Source of the DNA: Haloferax volcanii DS2
Lineage (GTDB): Archaea; Halobacteriota; Halobacteria; Halobacteriales; Haloferacaceae
NCBI RefSeq assembly: GCF_000025685.1
Contig: NC_013964.1
Location: 1-32,000, forward strand
Direction of reading: 5' to 3'
DNA length: 32,000 bases
The translations under genes were made by a program, and so were the position numbers. This document shows positions 16,596-24,720 of this stretch, piece by piece. Within the stretch, counting starts at the first letter, position 1. The number at the start of each line of letters is the position of its first letter. Below the pieces are notes generated by a model. The model had not been told where the DNA came from, did no database searches, and worked only from the letters and a program-made list of their open reading frames with translations.

Positions 16596-16822
16596 CGGCC
16601 GGCCTCGTCGAGCGCCGCGTTCCGCGCTCCGCGACGGAGTTCTTCGGCCGTCTTCTCGACGTCCGCGAACTCGGTGCGGAGCGCACCGAGCGGGTCGTCT
16701 TCGATTGGAATCAGCTTGATACCGTCGTGCAGTTGGACGATGTGGTAGTGTTCGCCGTACCGCTCTCTGATCTCTTTAGGGAGCGTGAGGCGTCCGCGAC
16801 CGTCCAGCGTCGCTTCGGACAT
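16592..16822 (-). CDS. vapB: AbrB/SpoVT-fold VapB antitoxin
   Basis: The N-terminal GRGRLTLPKEIRERYG swapped-hairpin motif. 76 aa, located directly upstream of the PIN gene. Confidence 0.85.
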   Translation of the reverse strand: MSEATLDGRGRLTLPKEIRERYGEHYHIVQLHDGIKLIPIEDDPLGALRTEFADVEKTAEELRRGARNAALDEAGR

Positions 16823-16966
16823 ACGGTCTACTACGATGGGTAGAAAGAAGAATTTTCCCCATAACCCGATTTGCCACCCACTCGGATAGAACCCTCTCGT
16901 TCCAGAACGCTCCCGTTGTCCGTACCACTTGACTTCTGTCCGGCGCTCCGAGTTTCGACGGAGGTG

Positions 16967-16989
16967 GATTATCCGAATTATTCGGAATC
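16967..16989. repeat. Near-palindrome GATTATCCGAAT-T-ATTCGGAATC at the 3' end of the par operon
   Basis: The core CCGAAT-T-ATTCGG is a perfect palindrome, and the outer GATT/AATC arms pair with a 2-nt offset. It spans the stop codon at 16978. Confidence 0.4.
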
Positions 16990-17400
16990 TTCGTCGTCGA
17001 CGCCGCGCTGTTCGAGGACGCGCTCGACGATTTCTTCGGGGTGTTCGGTCGCCACGGCGAGCGCGGCGTTGTGGAGTTCGCTCTTCGTGACGCCCTTGAG
17101 GCCGTGGTCGCGGGTCAGTTCGCGCTCCACGTCGTAGGTGATGATGTCGTCGAACTCGTCGGCGACCGCTTCGAGCACGTACAGCGCCTTGTGGACGGTC
17201 TCGTCGAACTCGAAGGCGGGGCGCTCGCGGGGGTCGACGGGTTCGGCGGACGCGGATTCCGTCGCTGACTCGTCGTCCGATTCGACCGCGTCGTCGGTGC
17301 CGGCGTCTTCGTCCGCCGGTTCGGGTTCCGGCTCTGGCCCGGAGTCGGTCTCGCCGCTTCCCATCGCGGCGTCGAGGTCGCCGAAGGGGTCTTCGCTCAT
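16978..17400 (-). CDS. Acidic protein coupled to ParA (candidate partition adaptor / centromere-binding partner)
   Basis: 140 aa, with a disordered acidic N-terminus (PEPEPEPADEDAGTDD) and a folded C-terminal region of about 80 aa. Its start overlaps the parA stop as ATGA (17397-17400). Confidence 0.7.
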   Translation of the reverse strand: MSEDPFGDLDAAMGSGETDSGPEPEPEPADEDAGTDDAVESDDESATESASAEPVDPRERPAFEFDETVHKALYVLEAVADEFDDIITYDVERELTRDHGLKGVTKSELHNAALAVATEHPEEIVERVLEQRGVDDEDSE

Positions 17401-18260
17401 CGGGCCACCTCGCCTTCTTCGACGATTTGCGCGAGTTCGTCGTAGCACGCCAACTGGTCGCAGGTGCTGTCGTAGTCCCGCAGCGGCATGTGCTCCCGAA
17501 TCGACGCGTCGATGGCCGACCGATGCCGAATCCCCGGCTTCGGCAGGTCGCCGTCCCACTCGCCGTCGTCGATGGCCTCGAACACGTCCGGGTCGGTGTA
17601 CGCGAAGTTCGGGAGCTTCGAGGCGATGTTCGGCTTCGAGACGAGCGCCTCCACGAGCCGTCTCGTCGGGCGGTCGTGGTCGATTCGGTCCCGCAGGTCG
17701 GTCGGCACGACCGCGAGGATTTCGAGGTCGAAGTGTTCGCGCGCGGGCGTGATAAGTCGCTTGACGGTCTTTTCGAGTCCCGAGAGCGCCCCCGATTCGG
17801 GGCGCATCGGCAACACGAGGTTCTGCGTGGCGTACAGCGCGTTGTCGTTGAGTTTCCCGCGCGCCGCGGGGCAGTCCACGACGACGTAGTCGTAGTCGTC
17901 CCCGAGAAGCGGGTCGATGACGCGCTGTTTGAGCCGCGCCGACCCCATCATCACGCCGCCGAGGTCCGACTCGACCTGTTCGATGCGGTCGTTCGAGGGG
18001 AGGAGGTCGATTTCGAACCCGGTCTCCAAGATGAGCTCTCGCGGCTCCAACTCGGCGTCGTCGAGGAGCACGTCTCCGAGATGTGCCTCCGAGTAGAACT
18101 CTTCTCCGAACCCGAGACCCGTCGTGGTGTGTCCGTTCGGGTCGAGGTCGACGAGCAGCACGTCGCTTCCCCGGTGTGCGAGTTCGCGGGCGAGGTTGAT
18201 GGAGGTCGTCGACTTGCCGATACCGCCTTTGAGGAGACAGACGCTGACTGCACGTGACAT
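17397..18260 (-). CDS. parA: ParA/Soj-family partition ATPase
   Basis: Deviant Walker A KGGIGKST and LLVDLDPNGH. Start trimmed to MSRAVSVCLLKGG (ATG at 18260). Confidence 0.9.
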   Translation of the reverse strand: MSRAVSVCLLKGGIGKSTTSINLARELAHRGSDVLLVDLDPNGHTTTGLGFGEEFYSEAHLGDVLLDDAELEPRELILETGFEIDLLPSNDRIEQVESDLGGVMMGSARLKQRVIDPLLGDDYDYVVVDCPAARGKLNDNALYATQNLVLPMRPESGALSGLEKTVKRLITPAREHFDLEILAVVPTDLRDRIDHDRPTRRLVEALVSKPNIASKLPNFAYTDPDVFEAIDDGEWDGDLPKPGIRHRSAIDASIREHMPLRDYDSTCDQLACYDELAQIVEEGEVAR

Positions 18261-18346
18261 GATGGGGATATCCGTACTATCGAGATTCTCGGCGTAGTTG
18301 AAATAATTATGGTTACTCCAGCTCTTTGAACAACTCACACACTCCA

Positions 18347-18364
18347 AATAATCTGAATAATCTA
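18347..18364. repeat. Tandem AATAATCT(g)AATAATCT(a) in the AT-rich parA / permease divergent region
   Basis: Two adjacent copies with a 9-nt period, read directly from the sequence. Confidence 0.4.
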
Positions 18365-18437
18365 AACTCAGCGAGTTGATCGACTCGGTTCGCTCTCGCC
18401 TCGACTGGCGGCCCGAATTGTCGCCGGCAGTAGCTAT

Positions 18438-19892
18438 TTGGGCCCGTTGTGTGCAGGTAAATTCGTGACAGATTGGTTGCCCGACCGAGGGCTGCGCGCC
18501 CCCGAACTCTCGTCGCAGACGGTGACCCTCGCGGTCGCCGCCGCCTTGCTCCTCGCGGTCGTCGGGCTCCACCCCGTCTCCGTCCTTCCTGTCCGGTCGC
18601 AGTACGCGCTTTCGGTTTTCGTCGTCGCGCTCCTGCTCTGGTTGACGAAGCCGGTTCCGTACGCGATTTCGAGTCTGGCCTGCGTCTCCCTGTTGTACGC
18701 CCTCGGCGTCGTTGACACCTTCGAGGCCGCGGTGAGCGGCTTCACCTCCTCGCTCGTGTACTTCCTCCTCGTGTTGTTACTCCTCGGCAACGCGGTCCGG
18801 TCGGTGGGGTTGGACACCCAGTTAGCGAACCGACTGCTGTCCCCGGACAGCACCCCCCGCGGGGCGTTTCGTTCCATCGCGCGGAACGTCCTCGTGCTGG
18901 CGCTGTTCATGCCGTCGGCGATGGCCCGCGCGGTCGCGTTCATCCCCATCGTCGAGGAGGTGACAGAGGAGCTCGACCTCCCGTCGGGAAGCGGGTTCGA
19001 GCGCGCGACGTTCCTCCTCTTGGGTCACATCAACCCCATCGCGTCGATGGCGCTCATGACCGGCGGCGGGATGGCGCTCGTCACCTCGGGCATCCTCGCG
19101 ACGAGCGTCCGTCCGCTCTCGTGGGTCGAGTGGGCTGTCTTGATGGTCCCACCCACGGTGGCGCTCTACGTACTGGCCGCCGCGGCTGCCGGTCTCCTCA
19201 ACACCGTCGACGCCGACTCGACTGTCGACCCCGGCACGTCGGGGATTGCGGATGCGTCCGCCGACGGCGAGTTGACCCGCGAACAGGGACTCGTCGCGGC
19301 GGTGATGGCCGGGACCGTCCTCGCGTGGGTCGTTGGGTCGTTCGCCGGACTTCCCGAGATTCTCCCGGCGGTCGCCGCGGTCTCCGTCCTCGCGCTTCCG
19401 GGAGTCGACGTTATCGACGCCGACGACGTCAAGGGACTCAGTTGGGGCGTCCTCTTTCTCATCGGCGCGACGCTGTCGATTCTGGACGCCCTGAAAGCGA
19501 CCCAAACTATCGCGCTCGTCGTCGACCTCCTCGCGCGGTTCGTCCCGTTCGAGGCGTTCAGTCACTGGCAACTCGTCGGACTGCTCCTCGGGTTCGCGGT
19601 CACCGTTCGCGTGCTGTTTTCGACCGGGTCGGCCGCTATCGTGGTGATTCTCCCCATCGTGCTGCGATTCGCGGAGACGTTCGGCGTGACGCGGCTCTAC
19701 CTCGGACTCGCGGTCCTCCTCGTGGTGGGGTCGACGACGATTCTCCCGTTCAACACGACTGCCGTCCTCGTCTCGCTGGACCGCGGACCGCTGACGAATC
19801 GGGACGTGACGCTGTTCGGGTTCGTGACGATGGGCCTGTCGCTCGTCGTCGTGACCCTCTCGTGGCTCTTTTATTGGCCGCTCGTCGCCTGA
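18438..19892 (+). CDS. Anion/dicarboxylate permease of the ArsB/NhaD-DASS (SLC13-like) superfamily
   Basis: A polytopic membrane protein of about 480 aa with internal two-fold repeat character. The start is uncertain: TTG at 18438 per the ORF track, or in-frame GTG at 18465 or 18519. There is no early ATG. Confidence 0.7.
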   Translation: MGPLCAGKFVTDWLPDRGLRAPELSSQTVTLAVAAALLLAVVGLHPVSVLPVRSQYALSVFVVALLLWLTKPVPYAISSLACVSLLYALGVVDTFEAAVSGFTSSLVYFLLVLLLLGNAVRSVGLDTQLANRLLSPDSTPRGAFRSIARNVLVLALFMPSAMARAVAFIPIVEEVTEELDLPSGSGFERATFLLLGHINPIASMALMTGGGMALVTSGILATSVRPLSWVEWAVLMVPPTVALYVLAAAAAGLLNTVDADSTVDPGTSGIADASADGELTREQGLVAAVMAGTVLAWVVGSFAGLPEILPAVAAVSVLALPGVDVIDADDVKGLSWGVLFLIGATLSILDALKATQTIALVVDLLARFVPFEAFSHWQLVGLLLGFAVTVRVLFSTGSAAIVVILPIVLRFAETFGVTRLYLGLAVLLVVGSTTILPFNTTAVLVSLDRGPLTNRDVTLFGFVTMGLSLVVVTLSWLFYWPLVA

Positions 19893-20050
19893 GTCGGCGA
19901 CCGGCGCACCGACCCGTCCGCGCGAATCCAGGTTTCGGTGACGCCCCCCGTTGCGACAACCACCGGGCTATTTGTAGGTGAGCGGTATCTGCCCGGTACG
20001 GGTGAGTTCGCATCTTACGTGTTGAGTTTACGACGGCCCCGACCGGCGTC

Positions 20051-20704
20051 ATGTCGAAGATAGACCGCCGTCTGCGAGACGCCCGGAGCATCGAGTTGGA
20101 CAACGCGTTTTACGTCGAGGACGGGACGTGGATCGAGTCGCTCACCATCGCCTCGAACGCCCCCTTCGACGTGGAGTCCCTCCTCGCCGACATCTCGGGC
20201 GTGACCGTCTTCTACGACGAGGAGATTCCGACCGCCTCGACCGACGTGCAGATACGTCGAGTGACGATTCTCGCCAACGAGTCGTACCCGTTCATCCTCG
20301 GACTGGTTCTCAGACAGGAGACGATTCCGAACCGCATCGTCCTCCAAGACGGCGTCTTCGAGGTCGTCGCCACCGCCCAGGACTGGGACCACTTCAGGGA
20401 ACTCGCCGACGAGATTCAGGAGACGCTCGGGGAGTTCGAACTCCGCTCCGTGACGCAGGACGAAGCCCCGGGTGAACCGCTCGACAGCGGCCGATTAAAG
20501 GAGGTGTTAATCTCTAAGCTGACCGACGACCAACTCGCGGTTCTGGAGACGGCATTCAACCACGGCTACTTCCACATTCCGCGGGAGACCTCTGAGACCG
20601 AACTCGCCGAGGAACTGGGTATCGCTCAGTCCACGCTGAGCGAACGACTCCGGACCGCGGAGCGAAATCTGCTCGAACTCATCTACGGTCCGCGACAGGA
20701 GTAG
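20051..20704 (+). CDS. HTH_10 (bacterio-opsin-activator-type) transcription regulator, paralogous in architecture to 7541-8191
   Basis: C-terminal LTDDQLAVLETAFNHGYFHIPRETSETELAEELGIAQSTLSERLRTAE. Confidence 0.85.
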   Translation: MSKIDRRLRDARSIELDNAFYVEDGTWIESLTIASNAPFDVESLLADISGVTVFYDEEIPTASTDVQIRRVTILANESYPFILGLVLRQETIPNRIVLQDGVFEVVATAQDWDHFRELADEIQETLGEFELRSVTQDEAPGEPLDSGRLKEVLISKLTDDQLAVLETAFNHGYFHIPRETSETELAEELGIAQSTLSERLRTAERNLLELIYGPRQE

Positions 20705-20821
20705 CTCAGCCCTTGTTGGAGAATATTGCCGCATCTCGGCGACCGAGTATATAAAGAACGATAGATATCGGGGCGTATCGGGAACAGCACCATGGAAGAT
20801 ACTCCATAACAGGCTGTCGCA

Positions 20822-22756
20822 ATGTCGGAGAAAAATCGTGATAGTTCGGGTGTCGAACGTGGAACTGGCCTTACGCGACGCGACTACGTGGCGGCGACTG
20901 CGACCGCCCTCGGCGTGACCGGACTCGCCGGGTGTACCGGTGGCGGCGGGAGCGGGAACGGCGGGACTGACGGCGGGTCGAGCCTCACTCCCGACGTTCC
21001 TTCTGGAACCCCGGAGACGGTCGAGACGAAGTACTGGCGCGAGTGGGAGACCATCGACGCCGACGAACCGCCGCTCGACTACAGCGCGACCGCGGGTGCG
21101 GTGTTGGACCCCGTCCCGCTCGAATTTTCGAGCGAGGACGACCCGTGGATGCGGGAACACGCGCTCATGGTCCAGCGTGGGCTCGACGCCCTCGGCGTCA
21201 AGACGCAACTCAACGATCGACCGCTGAACCAACTGTACGCCCAGAGTTGGGACACGAAGGGGCTCGAAGCGATCATCTCGATGAGTACCCACGGTCCGGA
21301 CCCGCAACGCGGGCTGGACCCGAACCCGCTTTTGATGCGGCGGAGCGAGACGAGCCTCTCGAACTACGACAACTACTACCACCCCGACCTGCAGGAGGTG
21401 CTGACGGAACAGAGTCAGACGACCGACCGACCCGAGCGCGAGGAGCTCGTCGCCGAGGCGCAGCGCATCTTCAGCGAGGACGTGGGCGCGCTCATTACGC
21501 TGTTCCCCGATATCATCACCGCGGTCAACACGGAGCGCTGGAGCGGCTACGTCCAGACGCCGGGCAACGGGCCGACGAAGGACTCGTTCGTCTGGTCGGA
21601 GGTGAACCTGCAACCCCAGACCGACGACCGGACCTACATCAAGGGCGTGACCACCTCGATGAACTCGCTGAACCTCCCGTGGGCCGCCGGCGGCGCGGAG
21701 GCGAAGCGGCTGACGTTCATCTACGACGGCCTCTTCGACGCCACGCCGGACCTCGAAGTCGTCCCCGCGCTGGCGACCGGCGGCGGGTTCGTCGACGACA
21801 CCACCGTCGAACTCACTCTTCGCGAGGGCGTCGAGTGGCACGACGGCGAGCCGTTCACCGCGGAGGACGTGAAGTTCACCGTCGAACTGTACAAGGAACA
21901 CTCCTCGACCAGTCAGACGCCGTTCTACGAGCCGGTCGAGTCGGTCGAGGTGCTCGGCGACCACGAGGTTCGGTTCAATCTGAAGGGCCCCGACGCGGCG
22001 TTCATGACCCAGCGCGTCGTTCGCAGCGTCATCATCCCCAAGCACAAGTGGGAGGACGTGGAGAACCCGTCTCAGCACAACCCCGAGTCGCCCGTCGGCA
22101 CGGGGCCGTTCACGTACGAGAACTGGGAGCTGGGTACTCGCTTCGAGGTGTCGAAAAACGAGGGTCACTGGATGTTCGACGACGACTGGCGGGCAGACGT
22201 GCTCGGCGACCAGGCCACGACCGGCGAGGGCGTCGACCGCGTCATCTGGATAAACGTCGGCAACATCGACTCCATGATCGGCTCGCTGCAGGGCGGCGAA
22301 ATCGACGCCATCGGCACGACGCTCTCGAACTCGCAGGCCGACCGCGCCGCGAGCACCGCCGGCGTCGAGAAGATGACCTCGGGCAACTTCGCGCCGCTCG
22401 ACACGAAGCTGATGTTCTCCTGTCCGCTCGTTCGCGACAAGGAGTTCCGCGTCGCTCTCGCCAAGTCGATAGATACCGAGGGCTTCGCTGCCGACGTGCT
22501 GCAGGACCGCGCGACCGTCCCGAGCGGGGAGAACCCGATTTCGGACCTCACGCCGTGGCACACGTCGGATACCACCCACTACGAGTTCGACATCGACGGG
22601 GCGAAATCGCTCCTCGAACAGGCCGGCTACACGCGGGACGACGACGGCAACCTCCGGTTCCCCAACGGGGACGCGTGGGCCGCCTTCGTCGAGCGTATTC
22701 AGCCCGGGAACATGCACAAGCGCCGCGACGAGCTCGGACAGGCGGACTTCTCGTGA
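20822..22756 (+). CDS. ABC transporter substrate-binding lipoprotein, family 5 (peptide/opine/nickel type), Tat-exported
   Basis: Twin-arginine TRRDYVAATA followed by the lipobox LAGC and a Gly/Ser-rich linker. The mature region of about 600 aa looks family-5-like. Confidence 0.85.
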   Translation: MSEKNRDSSGVERGTGLTRRDYVAATATALGVTGLAGCTGGGGSGNGGTDGGSSLTPDVPSGTPETVETKYWREWETIDADEPPLDYSATAGAVLDPVPLEFSSEDDPWMREHALMVQRGLDALGVKTQLNDRPLNQLYAQSWDTKGLEAIISMSTHGPDPQRGLDPNPLLMRRSETSLSNYDNYYHPDLQEVLTEQSQTTDRPEREELVAEAQRIFSEDVGALITLFPDIITAVNTERWSGYVQTPGNGPTKDSFVWSEVNLQPQTDDRTYIKGVTTSMNSLNLPWAAGGAEAKRLTFIYDGLFDATPDLEVVPALATGGGFVDDTTVELTLREGVEWHDGEPFTAEDVKFTVELYKEHSSTSQTPFYEPVESVEVLGDHEVRFNLKGPDAAFMTQRVVRSVIIPKHKWEDVENPSQHNPESPVGTGPFTYENWELGTRFEVSKNEGHWMFDDDWRADVLGDQATTGEGVDRVIWINVGNIDSMIGSLQGGEIDAIGTTLSNSQADRAASTAGVEKMTSGNFAPLDTKLMFSCPLVRDKEFRVALAKSIDTEGFAADVLQDRATVPSGENPISDLTPWHTSDTTHYEFDIDGAKSLLEQAGYTRDDDGNLRFPNGDAWAAFVERIQPGNMHKRRDELGQADFS

Positions 22757-22807
22757 GGTGACACGCATGTCGAACACTACTCACTCGTGGCGTTGGGGGG
22801 TCCGACC

Positions 22808-23803
22808 GTGAGCGAGTTCCAGCGGTTTCTCGCAAAGCGGCTCGCCATCTCCATCGTGCTCACCCTCGTGGCCGTCTCGGTCATCTTCGTCGTCTTGCGG
22901 TTGCTCCCGGGGAGTCCGTTCGAATCCCTCGTCACCGCGGGCAACTTGAGCCAGCAGCAAATCACCGAGATTCGAGCGATGTACGGCCTCGACCAGCCGA
23001 TGTGGCGGCAGTACCTCAGCTACCTCCAGAGCATCCTGCTGTTTCAGTTCGGCTACTCCATCCTGCGGAGCCAGCCCGTCTGGGGGGTACTGGCCCCGCG
23101 GCTCGTCAACACGCTCATCCTGCTCGTCCCCGCGTTAGTGACGACGGCGGTCCTGAGTTCCCTGCTCGGGATGTACGTCGGCTGGAACCGCGGGAGCAAA
23201 CTGGAGAAGCTCAGCATCATCGCCACGACGTTCCTCCGGTCGACGCCGGTGTTCATCACGGGCATCCTGTTCGTCATCATCTTCGCGTACAACCTCGAAC
23301 TGGTGCCCGCATTCGGGATGCGCTCTATCAGCGCCTCGCCGGAGGGCTACGTCGAGACGTTCGCCTCGTTCGACTTCCTGCACCACTACATCCTGCCGTT
23401 TACGGTGTCGGTGCTGTACTACAGCGGCGATTTCCTGCTGTTGGCGCGCAACGGCGTCGTCGAAAAGCGGGGGTCGGAGTTCCTCAAGCTCCACCGCGCG
23501 AAGGGGCTCTCGGAGATGCAGCAGCTCGCGCGGGCGGGTCGGAACTCCATGCTGCCGATTCTGACCTACTTCGCGCTGCGTCTCGGGATGATTTTCCAGG
23601 GACTCATCCTGCTCGAAGTCGTCTTCGGCTGGCCCGGCATCGGCCGCGAACTCGTGCTCGCCATCCAACAGCAGGACTACCCGCTGGTGCAGGCCGCCGT
23701 CTTCATCATGGCGCTCGCGGTCATCGTGGCGAACCTCGTCGCCGACGTGCTGTACGCCTACTTCGACCCGACCGTCTCGACCAGCGGAGGTGGTGCCGCG
23801 TGA
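22808..23803 (+). CDS. ABC transporter permease (DppB/OppB-like)
   Basis: The N-terminal (M)SEFQRFLAKRLAISIV is typical of this family, along with an EAA-like loop region. I prefer the GTG at 22808 to the GTG at 22787. Confidence 0.85.
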   Translation: MSEFQRFLAKRLAISIVLTLVAVSVIFVVLRLLPGSPFESLVTAGNLSQQQITEIRAMYGLDQPMWRQYLSYLQSILLFQFGYSILRSQPVWGVLAPRLVNTLILLVPALVTTAVLSSLLGMYVGWNRGSKLEKLSIIATTFLRSTPVFITGILFVIIFAYNLELVPAFGMRSISASPEGYVETFASFDFLHHYILPFTVSVLYYSGDFLLLARNGVVEKRGSEFLKLHRAKGLSEMQQLARAGRNSMLPILTYFALRLGMIFQGLILLEVVFGWPGIGRELVLAIQQQDYPLVQAAVFIMALAVIVANLVADVLYAYFDPTVSTSGGGAA

Positions 23804-24720
23804 GCACCGAGACGAAGCCCGAAGCCGAACTGAAAAAGCGCGTCGAGGGGGTCGCGGAGACGCTCCGCGACCAGTTCACGTTCCTGCGACGTGACCGCCT
23901 CGCGTTCGCCGGCGTCCTCATCGTCGCGGCGTTCGTCTTCCTCGGCCTCCTCGGCCCCGCGCTCGCCCCGCACGACCCCATCGAGCACACCGTCCGCGAC
24001 GACGCCGGCTCGATGCTGCGGCTGTCCGAACCGACCGGCGCGGCCCCGTTCGGGACGACCGCCTACGGGAAAGACGTCCTGAGCCAGTTCCTCGCCGGCG
24101 CGCAACCGACGTTCATCGTCGGCCTGTTCGGCGGCATCGGGACCGGTGCGCTCGGCTTTCTCGTGGGGCTCGTCAGCGGGTACTACGGCGGCTGGGTCGA
24201 CGAGGTTCTCATGCGTCTCACGGACCTCACGTTCTCGCTGCCGTTCACGCCGATGGCGCTGTTACTCCTGACGTTCGTGACGCCGAGCGTCTGGCTCATG
24301 ACGGGTATCATCGTCGCGTTCCTCTGGAAGATGCCCGCCCGCGTCGTCCGCTCCGAGGTCCTCTCCGTCAGAGAGCGCACCTTCGTGAAGTCGGCGCGCG
24401 CCAGCGGCGCGAGCGACTTGCGGACGATGCTCTACCACGTCGCGCCGAACGTGCTCCCCATCGGCTTTCTCTACACGGCCTACGGCATCGCGTGGGCCAT
24501 CGCCGCGCAGGCCAGCCTGGCGTTCCTCGGATTCGGCGACCCGACCGTCACGAGTTGGGGCCGGATGCTCCGACAGGTGTTCGAATCGGGCAACATGCGC
24601 GTCGCTTGGTGGTGGGTGCTCCCGCCCGCACTCGGCATCGCGGCCATCACCACCTCGGTGTTCCTCATCGGCCGCGCCTACGAAGAAGTCATCAACCCGG
24701 AGATTCAGACCGAACAATGA
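23800..24720 (+). CDS. ABC transporter permease (DppC/OppC-like)
   Basis: GTGA overlap with the upstream permease stop. Contains FGTTAYGKDVLSQ and the SARASGAS EAA-type motif. Confidence 0.85.
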   Translation: MSTETKPEAELKKRVEGVAETLRDQFTFLRRDRLAFAGVLIVAAFVFLGLLGPALAPHDPIEHTVRDDAGSMLRLSEPTGAAPFGTTAYGKDVLSQFLAGAQPTFIVGLFGGIGTGALGFLVGLVSGYYGGWVDEVLMRLTDLTFSLPFTPMALLLLTFVTPSVWLMTGIIVAFLWKMPARVVRSEVLSVRERTFVKSARASGASDLRTMLYHVAPNVLPIGFLYTAYGIAWAIAAQASLAFLGFGDPTVTSWGRMLRQVFESGNMRVAWWWVLPPALGIAAITTSVFLIGRAYEEVINPEIQTEQ

